A stretch of 64,000 nucleotides of DNA. Origin: Octopus sinensis (Eukaryota). The notes under the pieces are model-generated. The model was not told the DNA's origin. It ran no database searches and saw only the letters and a list, made by a program, of their open reading frames with translations. A program made the translations under genes and the position numbers. Below, one piece after another: positions 22,281 through 36,745 of the stretch (position 1 is its first letter; each line of letters starts with the position of its first letter). The DNA lies in assembly GCF_006345805.1 (NCBI RefSeq), contig NC_043004.1:64232001-64296000 (forward strand), given 5' to 3'.

Positions 22281-24510
22281 AAAAAATATATACCTCTACT
22301 CTACTACAGCAGTAACGGTTCTCCCATTTTATGTATGTGTATATATGTGTGTGTGTGTATGTATGTGATTTGTATATGTACGTATATATGTGTGTGTATG
22401 TATGTATAGTATATGTAGACATACATGGAGATAGAAGTGCTGAGATAGATGTTCATTTAGTTGTTTATATTGTACATCTGGATTTGATTAAACTGGCTTA
22501 GTAATACTAACGATGATAAAGAAAATATGATGATAATATAGATATGGAGATGAAGCTGAGATTGTTAACACAGATTGTGATGATGGTCCATTGTTAAAAT
22601 TGAAACAATCGTTCTTAATATCACACAATATTAACTTATGCTCTCGTCTTTTGTGTATGTGTAGATATTAAAAAAATGTATATATTAATGATTATAAAAG
22701 TCGTGTGTGTGTTTGTTTATATATATATATATATATATATAATCTACTCATGCCAGCGTGGAAAACGGACGTTAAAGGTTGAAGATATCTAAAACACCCA
22801 TACATGCATATATACATGCACGCGTGCACACAAATAGGCGTACTTGCAACATATATGTCTATAGGCATGCTGCACCGCATATATACGCACATTCACACCA
22901 GAGCAAATTTATACACACACTGACAGAGAGAGAGAGGGGTGGGGCAAGGAATGATGGCCTGTGAAACTATAGTAAAAAGGTAGAAAGACAAGCTCAATGG
23001 GAGAGAGAGAGAGAAGAAGAAGAAAGAGAGAGACGAAGTGACAACAGCTTAATAAAGGTAAGAGAATAGAAGAGAAACTAAGCAGGACTATTTACAAAAT
23101 AAATTCTCGACCAAAAGCAAAGTTCCTGCGTAGAAACCTAACAACATAACCATTAAAAGAACTGAAGCCATTGTTATGTTGGTGCTTCTTTACAACTAAA
23201 GAATTTTCATTCCGTCAGAATAAAAAGAGAAAGAAGATTCAAAGAGACAACTGGACCACCATTTCATGTACTTCAAAAATAAATGTTATTGGATTACCTC
23301 CCCTTCCCTTTGAACTCTTTATTGTGTCATTCATTGTTTTTCTACTTTCGTTTTCATTCTTCCGTTTTTGTTTTTCTTTTCTTTGATTTGCTTTCATTGT
23401 TTAGTTTTCTTCCTCTTAATCTTTCTCTTTCGCAGATTTTCATCTTGCTTTCATTTTCCCCTTTTCTTTACATTCCTCTGCACGTGTTTACTCATACACA
23501 CACACTAGTACACGTCCCTTATCTACATTTACACACACATACATTTACCTGCAAATACGCGCACACATACTTTTCTTCATCTACACACATAAGCACTCAC
23601 AAGGGAGAGGTTCTTTTCTTCCTTTCTCTTTCCTCCGTATATGTAAATAAACACAGCAGCAAATATTTATAGTGTATAGTACGTATAGAGAAAAAAGCAG
23701 AAAAATGCCTCATCGTAGATGTAACAGAGGCATGTGAGAAAAGGACCAAAGCAGAGAGCAATGAACAAATTCATAGCGAAAAGTAAAACGAAATACTTGT
23801 AACATTGGAGTGGTTACAGCTGTACCTAGTTAGGTGTGGGGACGGCTTGGATAAGGAAAACGTGTTGAACAGTGTAAGGCGAAAGAACCAAGACATTTCT
23901 GGTAGCGTCAATGTTGTTTGGTACAACAGGAGGAAACGATATTGTTGGAAACTTCTGAAATCATCGTTATCTCCAGGGAGTGTCTTGCAGTGCAAGTTGT
24001 ATGTAAAATATTTGTGTGTGTGTGTGTGTTATAAAAGCATATATGTATAAACACTAATATACATACATGCGTGTATAAATACATTCAGATTGATGGATTG
24101 GATCCATGTGTTATAGTCATTGCAACTTATGCGTTTTCATCAATATATACAGTATTATAGATCCTTTGCAGCTGATCTTAGTAATTGGTTTCACACTGGG
24201 TATTAAAACCAGCATGGCTGTCCTATCACATGCTCTTCAGAGATTGGATGAATGGGGCAAAAATAAGGTGACTACTGCAGTTATGTAGTTATTCATTTGT
24301 ATTATTACTAGCTCCATAGAATTTGACATGTATGTATGTGTCTATATATGCAATTTGATAGATGTATATATAAGCATGAGTGTGAGTTTTATGTACAAGT
24401 GTATATATCATCTTCATCCTCACCATTTTATATGTCTTCTATGCTGGCAGGGTGTTAGGTTGGTCTTCTCAGTCCAAGTTGGCTCTTACTCAGAGTAAAT
24501 GCTCTCCTTC

Positions 24511-24533
24511 ACCCTAACCCTAACCCTAACCCT
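24511..24533. repeat. Short interstitial (CCCTAA)n telomere-type repeat
   Basis: accctaaccctaaccctaaccct. Confidence 0.7.
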
Positions 24534-24787
24534 TTGATGACCTCTCCTCACTTGTGCATTCCATTTTGGCATAGTTTCAGCAGTTAAGTGGGCCTTCTTA
24601 ACACCACACATGTTGCAGAACATTTTAGGCAAAGATGCTGTTTTGTCCTCGGCAAGAATAAAGAATCCTTCCTACCCTATATTTCCATTCATTTGCCCAC
24701 ACTTTACCAAATGTATATGGCACCACTGCTATTATAAAGATTCCTCTCTGTTGTCTAATCATTTTTATGCTTATTTATGTTAGATGA

Positions 24788-25655
24788 AGGTAAATGGCTC
24801 AGTGGTTAGAGTGTTGGGCTTACAATCATGAAGTAGTGAGTTTGATTCCCAGACTGGGTTATGTGTTGTGTTTTTGAGCAAGACATTTTATTTCACATTG
24901 CACCAGTTCACTCATCTGTAGAAATGACTTGCGACATCACTGGTGCTAAGCTGTATTGGCCTTTGCCTTTCCCTTAGACCAGTGCTACTCAAAGTAGTGG
25001 TCTGCAGACCAGTGCTGGCCCGTGAGCCATCAGCTGCTGGTATGTGGTGAGTTTCCAGAAAAGAAAAAGACAATAGCATAATTTCAGTAATATTGCCTTA
25101 TGCACTGCAGTAAACAACTTATCAGCTTATGTAATATTGTATTATTTGTTTATAAAATGCTTAGCGGTATTTCGTCTGTCTTTACTTTCTGAGCTCAAAT
25201 TCCACTGAGGTCGACTTCGCCTTTCATCCTTTCGGGATCAATAGATTAAGCACCAGTTGCATACTGGAGTCAATCTAATCAACTGGCCCCTTCCCCAAAA
25301 GTTTCGGGTTTTGTAACTAGAGTAAAAAAAAAAAAAAATTATATGTTTACAAAATAAATATAAGATAAAAAATTGTCAACTTTTTATTACATTCATTATA
25401 TATATATATATTGTTTCTAGTATAAATTAATATTACTAAGGGATATTACTGGTCCCTGGCACATTGGAAAAGAAAAAAACTGCCAGTACGCCACATCTGA
25501 TAGCTTAAGACATCAGTGGTGTGGAGAGGGGAGAGTGGTATGCATGAGCAACTGCTGGTCTTCCATAAGCAACCTTGCCTAGATTTGTGCCTCAGAGGGG
25601 AACTTTCTAGGTGCAATCTTATGGTCATTCATGACTGAAGGGGGTCTTCACCCTA
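24788..25655 (+). mobile_element. SINE family C (tRNA head plus CORE-like segment), split by nested insertions
   Basis: Head tggctcagtggttagag..gagtttgattccc; ttgagcaagacattttatttcac..ttcactcatctgtagaaatga resembles the MIR/CORE motif; body resumes near 25505. Confidence 0.8.
24980..25504. mobile_element. hAT/Charlie-like MITE inside SINE C, itself carrying a SINE B (about 25160-25325)
   Basis: Left TIR cagtgctactcaaagt; degenerate right end; TSD-like ccttagac/cttaagac. Confidence 0.6.
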
Positions 25656-25659
25656 TTAT

Positions 25660-25790
25660 ATGTTACGAAAGGCATCCAAACATAGAAACCATGCCAAAGC
25701 AGACACTGGAGCCTGATACAGACCTCTGTCTTCCCAGCTCCTGTCAAACCGTCCAACCCATGCCAGCATGGAAAACAGTTGTCATCTGAC
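25660..25790 (-). mobile_element. Family E fragment
   Basis: aaggcatccaaac..aaaccgtccaacccatgccagcatggaaaac. Confidence 0.65.
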
Positions 25791-26399
25791 TGAGGAGTAT
25801 ATATATGCATCACAGCAATTGTGTGTATGTATTTTTCTGTATGCATATATTTGCATGTGTATGTATGCACTTGTGTACATATCTTTGCATTTGCATGTGT
25901 GTGTACAATCATATATTTATCTTATATATTCTCCTTGCACATACAATCAAGTGTTTTATCACTTCACCAGTAAATGTACAATATATAAATTGATCTAGCC
26001 ATTTTCAGCTGAATTACTAGTTTGTGATTAATTTAAATAGGTGCTACTATAAAGTTCTCTTCGTAGGCCATAGGGTGATTTCTGCTTGGTGTCCAAAGAG
26101 TGGTCACCCAGCCATGAAACCTGTTAGGATAATCTCATTTATTTTCTGATACTGAAAGAATAATAAAGTGTGTTCCCATTTGTTTACTTTCCATAGTGTA
26201 GGTGGTGAAAAGTATAACCTAACTACATCAAGTTCATATTAGGCTTTCTGATGGATGAGTGTTTGGCAAAACAAATTGAAATAGAACTCAATATATGGGT
26301 GCATTTGTGTGTGTATTATATACAATATGTTTATATATATACTTATACATACAGATGTGTGTATGCATACACACACACACACCACACATATATATATAT

Positions 26400-26430
<31 letters not shown>

Positions 26431-26515
26431 GTATTTGTGTGTGTATTTTTGCATTTATATGCTCATATATTTATAAGACTATATATATATGCATACAGAC
26501 AGCTTCCCTCTCCAT

Positions 26516-26559
<44 letters not shown>

Positions 26560-26786
26560 ACCCCAACCACCTACACAGATATAATGTTGTTTGTCCCACA
26601 TGTGGTATATGCAAAAAAAACATTTCACCCATTCTATCCTTTCAATCAATAACAGGGACGAAAATGGAAATGTCTTTTTCTGTCCAAATATAAATTTGAA
26701 CTGACCGATCCATATATTCTGTCCATTTTCTCAGACTATTGCCAGTGAAATCAGCCGAAAATTGTTAATCCCTCCTATTTCTTCCC

Positions 26787-26816
26787 TATATATACATATA
26801 TATACATACATATATA

Positions 26817-26855
<39 letters not shown>

Positions 26856-26939
26856 TATATTGTCTATATAATAAATATATATATATAAATATATATATAT
26901 ATGTATATTGTCTATATAATATATATATATAATATATAT

Positions 26940-26982
<43 letters not shown>

Positions 26983-27016
26983 TGCCTATATAATATATAT
27001 ATACAAATATATATAT

Positions 27017-27073
<57 letters not shown>

Positions 27074-27216
27074 CTATATTGCCTATATATATATAATATA
27101 CAAATATATATTATATATATATAGAATAATATATATGTATATTGTCTATATAATTATATATGTATAATGTAATATATATATATATATTGTCTATATAATA
27201 ATATATATATATATAG

Positions 27217-27247
<31 letters not shown>

Positions 27248-27253
27248 CTATAT

Positions 27254-27298
<45 letters not shown>

Positions 27299-27427
27299 GT
27301 ATATATAATATATATATACTTATATATATATATAGAAATATATATATAATATATACATATATACATATATATATTTATATAGAAATATATATAATAATAT
27401 ACATATATATATATATTATATAGATAG

Positions 27428-27460
<33 letters not shown>

Positions 27461-27497
27461 TAATTATATATATAATATATACATATACATGTATACA

Positions 27498-27557
<60 letters not shown>

Positions 27558-27853
27558 ATAATATACATTATATATAATATACATATATACATATATATAT
27601 ATCTATATAGAAATATATACATATATATATATATTATATAGAATATATACATAAATATAATATTTATATAGAAAAATATATATATATATATATATATTAT
27701 ACATATATACATATATACATATTACATATATATATATAATATATATATATAAATCTATACATAATATATACATATATACATTATATATATATATACATAT
27801 ATACATATATATAATATATAATATATATATATATACATATATACATATATAAT

Positions 27854-27908
<55 letters not shown>

Positions 27909-28008
27909 TATGTATATATATATATATACATATATACATATATATCTATATATATATACAAATATAAATATAAAATATATATATATACATTAATTATATA
28001 TATATATA

Positions 28009-28042
<34 letters not shown>

Positions 28043-28078
28043 ACTAAAATATACAAATATATATATATATATATACAA

Positions 28079-28128
<50 letters not shown>

Positions 28129-28170
28129 CATATATATATATTGATATATATATACATATATATATAATAT
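26787..28170. repeat. ~1.4-kb interrupted (TA)n field
   Basis: Almost pure A/T with sporadic tattgtc, taga and taca interruptions. Confidence 0.95.
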
Positions 28171-28692
28171 GTGTTTTTAATGTGATTTGTGTGTTTATCT
28201 ATTAATAAATATATATAGAATGTGTGTGTATGTTATACGTGCATTAATACACCCATATGGACATGCGGAACCATTGTCTCCAAAAATAATTGTCCTCTGT
28301 TTATGCTCGGAAATATCTATATTCATCTATTATTAGTCAATTCCCTTTCCTTACTTTACTCTCCCCTTCAGCTACCCCCTCTGAATATCCTTGCGCTATT
28401 TCCTCACCCACTTCCCTTACACTCACTCTCTCCTCTTTGATTTCTCTCTCTCTCTCTCTCCCCCACCTCCTCCTCTCTGTTTTACTGTCCCTTTCTGACA
28501 GATAAATAGATAGATAGATTGATGGAGAGACGAAGGGAGAGGTTGGGTGTAACTGACCGAATTGCAACAAACACAGGAACAACAATATTTCCATTGAGTT
28601 CAAGCCCGAGGTCACCTCTGCACACTTCACTCTTCCAACTCAACTTCTGCAACAATATAACAAGATCTAATTTTATACATACACACATTCAT

Positions 28693-29172
<480 letters not shown>

Positions 29173-29430
29173 TATACATATACACACATACACACATACT
29201 CATATATACACAGTCTTCACTCACCATATTGCAATTCACCCATCACACCCTCATTACATCGTGGATTTTTCTGGCTAATATATGTAAATTTATATCGTGG
29301 ACTCCTCAGTATATCGCAGGTCTCTACAGCCAATAGGTATTTATATTTTTTTAGATTTTAATTATTTCTGTGGTAAAATAAGTATTTTCATGCCTAAAAA
29401 TTAATTAAAATATATCAATAAAATAAATAT

Positions 29431-29583
29431 AGGCTCAGGAGTGGCTGTGTGGTAAGTAGCTTGCTTATCAACCACATGGTTCCGGGTTCAGTTCCACTGC
29501 ATGGTACCTTCAGCAAATGTCATCTACTATAGCCTTGGGCCAACCAAAGCCTTGTGAGTGGATTTGGTAGACAGAAACTGATA
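29431..29583 (+). mobile_element. SINE family A, 5' half
   Basis: ggctcaggagtggctgtgtggtaagtagc..ggtagacagaaactg. Confidence 0.9.
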
Positions 29584-30664
29584 GATCCACTCGGATCTCT
29601 CACTCTCTTCCATTTGGATCTCTCACTCTCTTCCAATCAAATCTCTCACTTTCCTCTACTCAGATCTCTCTCTCCCTTTCTCTCAAAACTCCACCACTTA
29701 CAGTTACATTTTCCTCATCCATTAGTCACCATTCTCCTGTTGCTTCCAGACATTTCCCCCACCCCACCCTCGCAACTCCCGCACTCCAACATCCACCTCA
29801 CCCCACAAACACATCCCACTCCCTCTTCATTCCACCACCATTCCCTACCCTACATATCATAAAGACCTATTTCCAGGCCCCTTTCATCACCATCACACCC
29901 CCACCGTAACCCCACCACAATCCAACTATTCAGTATTAATTAGACACTGGCTCAATCATAGATCAATATATTTCTTTCTAATTGATTCTTGGTAAAACAG
30001 GAAACCAGCAAATAGCCAACATTTTTCTTTCATAAGAAAAAAAAACAGTTTCCTTAAAATTAAACGATGTCTTTAACGAAGCATTTCACAGATGGATTAA
30101 TGTTAGAATAAATTAAAAAGAAAAGAAACGATGGATAAAAACTGAATGGTAAAATGTATAAATTACTTCTGATATAACGAGGTATCAGGTTTGAGTCCCA
30201 CTTAGCATTTCCATAAAAAATCTTGCACAACAAATATTTAAATGTATTTCCATTATGGTTTGACACAAACACATGTGTGCATGCATATGTGTGTGTGTGT
30301 GCATTAGCTTTTTTTCATGTTCAATTCATTTTCAGCACCAGCACCTCCTGGTGGACAATGACATTAAGCAATAAGGAATTCTGTTGTATAATGGGGGGGG
30401 GGGATCATTATTCTAATAATAAACATGCACTGGTTCAATTTCTTGCATTTGACAGAGAAATCTGAATGCTATAAAGGGTTAACTATCCTACCCGCTTTGT
30501 TAAAACTGACCAAATCCAGCCTCTCATACTTCCCCTTCAATGTCATTCCAAAACTACGCAATTGTGTCATCGAAATCGCCAAGCCAGTTGGTTAATTATT
30601 TAACCAACTAATTAACTAATTGATCACTTGCTTAATCAGCTGGTTAAGCCATCAGTCAGTTTAA

Positions 30665-30885
30665 CTCTTTTGTTACTGTATTTATTTTGAGATGTTCTGC
30701 GTTTCTTTCAATTATTTTAAATATAACAAAGAATTTAGTAAAATAACTTAGTTATCATTCAGCTAGTGTTAGGAACATAAATTGTGACTAAGGTTTGGGG
30801 GAATATTTTAATTTTAAACTTATGAAAACAAGACATTTGTACTACAGAGCCAGAGCCGGTTTTGGCCAGGTTGGTAACAACAGGG
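30665..30885. mobile_element. piggyBac-type MITE
   Basis: TTAA|ctcttttgttac ... ggtaacaacaggg|TTAA. Confidence 0.75.
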
Positions 30886-30981
30886 TTAAGCCTTCCAAGT
30901 TGCAACAAAATGTTCACATCAAGAATCTTGCAAAACCAGATACAAAAATGGGATGAATTTGTTACTCCTATATTATTTTAA

Positions 30982-31196
30982 CCTTTTGGCAATTATGTTA
31001 CTCTGTCAAATATAATGCTCATTTATTCACATTATTTTGAATTATTCTTGGATTATCTCATTGCTTTGAGATTTCAATGACTACTTATTTTTAGAATGAC
31101 ATTGTTGGGTAGGTATGAGATGCAGGATCTGGCCAGTTTAAACATAAAACAGGTTGAATAATTGGGCTTCATATGGCTGGTTTAAATGCTTAAAGG
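30982..31196 (+). mobile_element. piggyBac-type MITE, second family
   Basis: TTAA|ccttttggca ... tgcttaaagg|ttta; homologous copy at 49116-49380. Confidence 0.7.
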
Positions 31197-31298
31197 TTTA
31201 GGAGAGTTTCCAGAGTAATTTAAACAAGCTGGATAGTTGTGTGTGCGTGTGTGTGTGTGTGCAAGGGAATGGTGTGCGTGTATGATGGAATGGTGTTG

Positions 31299-31717
31299 CA
31301 CTGAATTAACCATAAAGCAAAATAAGCACATGCTTAGGGCACCAAAGGAAGAAGGGGCCACCACAGAAATGGTAAATGGTTTACAGCACAAAAAAAAAAA
31401 AGAAATCTCTTTAAACTTGCTAAAATGATATTCAAAGTGGTTTGTATTATTGGAAATAGAATTTCAAAGAGTTCATGGAATCATAGTAAGGATTTGTAAC
31501 TGAAAAAAGTAGGAGAAAACTTTTCAAATCTAAATAAAGTGGAATTAGACAAAATTAAACATTATTTTCCCTCTCTTTATCTTTTGTTTCATTTCTGTTT
31601 GAGAAATAAGAATTTATTTCATGGTTTATTATTGTTTATATTTTGAATTACATATATATGCGGACACCAAAATCTTTTAAGTGCTTAGGGCCTCTATGGG
31701 TTTAAATCCAGCCCCAG
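31299..31717 (+). mobile_element. hAT-type MITE, copy of the 16083 family
   Basis: attaaccataaagcaaaataagcacatgcttagggc..aaaatcttttaagtgcttaggg..aatccagccc. Confidence 0.8.
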
Positions 31718-31991
31718 ACTAGGGAACGTGTTTGTGCGTGCGTTTTCTATTTATTATATATTTATGTCTTAGAATTGTGTGTTTTTGTATTTTGCATATG
31801 TTATTCACAACTCAAGGATCCACAGATTATTTACTCAGCTTCTTGAAGCATGTATAACATGTCACTCCTCTCCCATGTGCATTAAGTATATTTGCAGACT
31901 TTACAACCTGTATTGAGTACTTTCTAGACTCATTTATGAAGATACAAACGTGTGTGTAATGTATGTATATGTGATATGTGGCTTGTGTGTA

Positions 31992-32047
<56 letters not shown>

Positions 32048-32055
32048 TACATTAT

Positions 32056-32470
32056 TGTTGTGTGGTAAAGAAACTTGCCTTCCAACCATGTGGTGCTGGG
32101 TTCACTCCCACTGCATGACACCTTCAGTGGGTGTCTTCTACTACAGCCCCAGACCAACTAATGCCTTGTTTGTGAGTGAATTTGGTACATGGAAATTGTG
32201 TGGAAGCCTGTTGTATATGTGTGTGTGTGTGTGTGTGCATGCACATATATACATATCTGGGTATGTGTTTGTTCCCTCCATACATGCACACCACTTGACC
32301 AGTGTTGGTTTGTGTATGTCCACATAACCTAGCAATATGGCAAAAGCGACTGACAGAATATGTACCAGGTTTCAAAAACAGAAATAACTAAGTACTGGAG
32401 ATGAGTTGTTCAAGTAAACCCTTCAAGACCGAGCCCCAGCATGGCCACACTTCAGTGACTGAAACAAAAA
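32056..32470 (+). mobile_element. SINE family A, CpG-decayed
   Basis: Family A head, body and tail. Confidence 0.85.
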
Positions 32471-33391
32471 AAAAAATATATAAATAAATTACTTAGACAG
32501 ATATATATATATATATACACATACAAATACACGCATACACGTGTGAATGTATGTATGTAGCTATGTTGCTTCTGTCAAGACATCTTTTAACTAACATCAT
32601 AACATCTCACCCCACCCTCTCTCCCTCCCCACCCCTCTTTCCCAACTCAATGTCTTCTTGCTACCCTTCTTCGCCCCTCCCCCCGCTCCACCCGCCATTC
32701 CATCATTAACATCTATTCCAGCTGCCATCAACCGCTAACGAGATCATTAAAACAACATCACTAAACATGCAACATCCACTTCTATCAGATGTTTCTTAAT
32801 ATCCCCTCCCACACACCTTTATCTCCCAATGTCCCCCATTTCCCCTCCCTCTCTGTCTACCTCTCTCTCTCTCTCTCTCTCTGAAGTACTCTTATCTCTT
32901 TCTTTCCATGTCTCCCTCTTGAAGCATTCTCTGAAGTACTTTCACTCCTCTTTTCTTTCTTTCTCTCTCTCTCCCTCCTCTCTCTCTCTCTCTCTCTCTC
33001 TCTCCCATCCTCCCTTCTGTTTCCCTGAATTATTCTCTAAAGCACCCTTACCCCTCTCTCTTTTTCTCTCTCTATCTACTCCCCCTCTTTTTGAAGCTTT
33101 CCCTTTTTCCACTCTCTCTTGTACTCCCTCCCTATTTCTCACTACTTCACCCTCACCATCTCTCTCTACCCTCACACACTGATAGTACAATCGTTCAGAC
33201 CCAGCTACTGCAACTATTATGTTGCTGGACAGTGATGGTCACATATGGACACATTGGTTATTTCATGTAACAACCAGTTTAATGGTTAAGGGTTTCTTAT
33301 CCACTCCCAAAGTGAGTACAAAGACTACACAGTCTTCATCAACCTAGTCATCATCGTCATCATCATCATCGTTTAACGTCCGCTTTCCATG

Positions 33392-33596
33392 CTACTCTAT
33401 TACTTATTTCAGTCATTTGACTGCAGCCATGCTGGAGCACTGCCTTTAGTTGAGCATATTGACCCAGGACTTATTCTTTGTAAGCCTAGTACTTATTCTA
33501 TTGGTCTCTTTTGCCGAACCGCTAAGTTACAGGGACGTAAACACACCAGCATTGGTTGTCAAGTGATGTTGTGAGGACAAACACAGACACACATAC

Positions 33597-33662
<66 letters not shown>

Positions 33663-33825
33663 GACAGGCTTCTTTCAGTTTCTATCTACCAAATCTACTC
33701 ACAAGGCTTTGGTTGGCCCAAGGCTATAGTAGAAGACACTTGCTCAAGGTGCCACGCAGTGGGACTGAACCCAGAACCATGTAGTTGGTAAGCAAGCTAC
33801 TTACCACACAGCCACTCCTACGCCT
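33392..33825 (-). mobile_element. SINE family A, full length
   Basis: Reverse complement of the 28793 copy. Confidence 0.9.
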
Positions 33826-33859
33826 ATTGCATGAATAATTCAAAACAATGCGAATAAAT

Positions 33860-34410
33860 AACGGCCCACTCATGAGTACCCCTCATTCATTGGACAATGA
33901 ACTTTGCTTGCGGAGGCAAGTGAAAACAAATCAGAATTGCTGACGTGGCCGATGACAGTGCCACCTGATTGGCACTCGTGCCAGTGGAACGTTAAGAGCA
34001 CATCTGAGAGTGATCGTTGCCAGGGCTACGGATTGGCTCCCATGCTCACCATTCAAGCATGGTCGTTGCTATAGTTACCCCTACCAGCACATGCGCCGGT
34101 GGCATGGGAAAATCAACATTCGAGTGGGGTCATTGCCAGTGTCACTGGACTGGCTCCCCATGGAGGTGGCACATAAAAAAACATCTTTTGAGCGTGGTTG
34201 TTGTCAGAACCACCTGACTGGCCCTCGGTGCCGGTGTCACGTAAAAGCACCCACTACACTCTCAGAGTGGTTGGCGTTAGGAAGGGAATCCAGCCGTAGA
34301 AACTTTACCAGTTCAGACTAAGCCTGGTGCAGCCTTCTGGCTCACCAGTCCTCAGCCAAACCGTCCAACCCATACCAGCATGGAAAGCGGACGTTAAATG
34401 ATGATGATGA
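33860..34410 (+). mobile_element. Family E retroposon with about 5-6 diverged ~60-bp internal repeats
   Basis: Repeated tgccggtggcacgtaaaagcac-type units, then ggttggcgttaggaagg..gcggacgttaaatgatgatg. Confidence 0.85.
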
Positions 34411-34537
34411 TTCATTTGATAGAATAATGTGCATGTTAAGGGGTTAACGTAAGAGTAGCTAAGAGGGACACGTATTTACCATTGTCATTATATGTTCCTT
34501 TATGCTTGCATGGGCTGGCTAGGTCTCGCAGCATATC

Positions 34538-34790
34538 CAGTGCTGGGTTAACCATTAAGGAAAATAAGCACATGTTTAGGGCTTCAAGGCAAGGGGTAGC
34601 ACCACAGAAATGGTAAATGATTTACTTTACAATAGAAATTATTTAAAACTTGCTAAAATAATATTCAAACTGGTTTACACGATTAGAAATATAATTTCAA
34701 AGTGTTCATGGTGTCATAGTAAGGATCTGATCAAAGACTTTGATCCAAGACTTTGCCATGATCTAATCAAAGACTTTGCTGTGCTTGAGA
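34538..34790 (+). mobile_element. hAT-type MITE of the 16083 family, truncated
   Basis: cagtgctgggttaaccattaaggaaaataagcacatg..atcaaagacttt. Confidence 0.75.
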
Positions 34791-35405
34791 AGACCTGTAA
34801 AACCAAGTGAAATTGTAGTTGTGGTTGATTCCAGTGTCACGTAACTGGTAGCCATGAGGGGACTGGAACAATGTATAATTAAGTATTTTGCTCAAAAACA
34901 TACTGACATTACCCATTCTGGGAATCAAAACCAGAAAGTTATACTTGAAAGTCCAACACCTTAATCTTTAGACCACACACCTACACCTAAAATCGTAATT
35001 GTACCAATGAAATATATGTATTGAACAGGGTGGTCATAACTGGAATGAATTCTTAGGATATTTTAGTTCAAGATGTACTAATTCTGAATAAAGATGAGAT
35101 GGTCATGGCTAGAACGCCTTTGATCATCTGGATCAGAGATGACCTATGGTTAAACAAAAAATGACAAGGTTTCCAGTGAACAAACAAAACAATCAACTAA
35201 TTTTAATGTGGTTACTATGACACCAGGCACTAGAAGCTACTGACACACAGACAGACAAGTGTAGAAACAGCAGCAGCTGTTCGTATACTGACTGTGCAGC
35301 TTAGTTGCACTTTACTGCATGGTTACTACTCTTACCAGAACCTCTACTATCACCACTATTGTTCAAACAAAAGAGGGAGCTTGTATATGGCCACATATGC
35401 ATGTA

Positions 35406-35436
<31 letters not shown>

Positions 35437-35438
<2 letters not shown>

Positions 35439-35728
35439 CCGAGCGTGGCCGTCTGCCAGCCTCGTCTGGCACCTGTGTCGGTGGCACATAAAAAACACCA
35501 TCCGAGTGTGGCCGTCCACCAGCTTCGTCTGGCACCTGTGTCGGTGGCACATAAAATCACCCACTACACGCTCGGAGTGGTTGGCGTTAGGAAGGGCATC
35601 CAGCTGTAGAAACACTGCCAGATCTGACTGGCCTGGTGCAGCCTTCGGGCTCCCCAGACCCCAGTTGAACCGTCCAACCCATGCTAGCATGGAAAGCGGA
35701 CGTTAAATGATGATGATGATGATGATGA
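35437..35728 (+). mobile_element. Family E retroposon with two 63-bp internal repeats
   Basis: Units start at 35437 and 35500; (GAT)n tail. Confidence 0.9.
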
Positions 35729-35734
35729 TAACCC

Positions 35735-36125
35735 TTACTCTTTTACTTGTTTCAGTCATTTGACAGTGGCCATGCTGGAGCACTGCTTTTAGTCGAGCAC
35801 ATCGACCCCAGGACTTATTCTTTGTAAGTCTAGTACTTATTCTATTGGTCCCTTTTGCCGAACCGCTAAGTTACAGGGACGTAAACACACCACCATCGGT
35901 TGTCAAGCGATGTTGGGACAGACAAACACAGACACATGAACACACATATATACATATATATGACGGGCTTCTTTCAATTTCCGTCTACCAAACCCACTCA
36001 CAAGGCTTTGGTTGGCTCAAGGCTATAGTAGAATTCACTTGCTCAAGGTGCCACACAGTGGGACTGAACCCAGAACCATGTGGTTCGTAAGCAAGCTACT
36101 TACCACACAGCCACTTCTATGCCTA
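35735..36125 (-). mobile_element. SINE family A, full length
   Basis: Reverse complement of the family A consensus. Confidence 0.9.
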
Positions 36126-36264
36126 TACGCACACACACACATATGTATACATGCACACACATATATAATATCTATATGTGTATATGTGCGTATATATATA
36201 TACACACACATAACACACACATACAAACATATATACATATATATATATACACACACACACTCAC

Positions 36265-36745
36265 ACATAATTTGGCATTAGGCATAAGGAAGTGCATCCA
36301 GCCAAAGAAACCAGGCTACAACAGACAATTGGACAACTCCCCAACTGGTCAGCTCCATGTCAAATCATCCAACTCATGCCAGTATGGACAACTGGACATT
36401 AAATGATGATGATGATTATGAAGGCTCCAAAATACTGCACATTCTGTCCCGGTGATCCAGCAAGCTTTCTAGTGTCCATTATGCAGAGCTTTGAACCAGA
36501 AGTGCTTGTATCTGCAAGATAAGGGGGCAAGCTGGCAGAATTATTTGCATGCTGGACACAATGATTAATGGCATTTCGTCCGTCTTTACATTCTGAGCTC
36601 AAATTCCACCAAGGTTCCACCAACATTGACTCTTTCATCCTTTCATAGTTGGTGAAATAAATACCTGCCAAGCACTGTGGGGGTCAATGTAATTGACTAA
36701 CCAGCTCCCTTAAAATTTCATGGTTTGTGCCTCTTGTAGAAAGGA
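36265..36745 (+). mobile_element. Old family E tail (to about 36420) and old SINE B (about 36520-36745)
   Basis: ttggcattaggcataaggaagtgcatccagc..ttaaatgatgatg; gagctggcagaatt..ctgagctcaaattccacc..tttcatcctttc. Confidence 0.7.

Noticed and set aside
24511-24533. Chromosome end or telomere fusion
   Set aside because: Fewer than four hexamers, no head-to-head arrangement, ordinary flanks
26787-28170. Hidden higher-order code in the long (TA)n field
   Set aside because: Interruptions are irregular, consistent with slippage and sequencing noise
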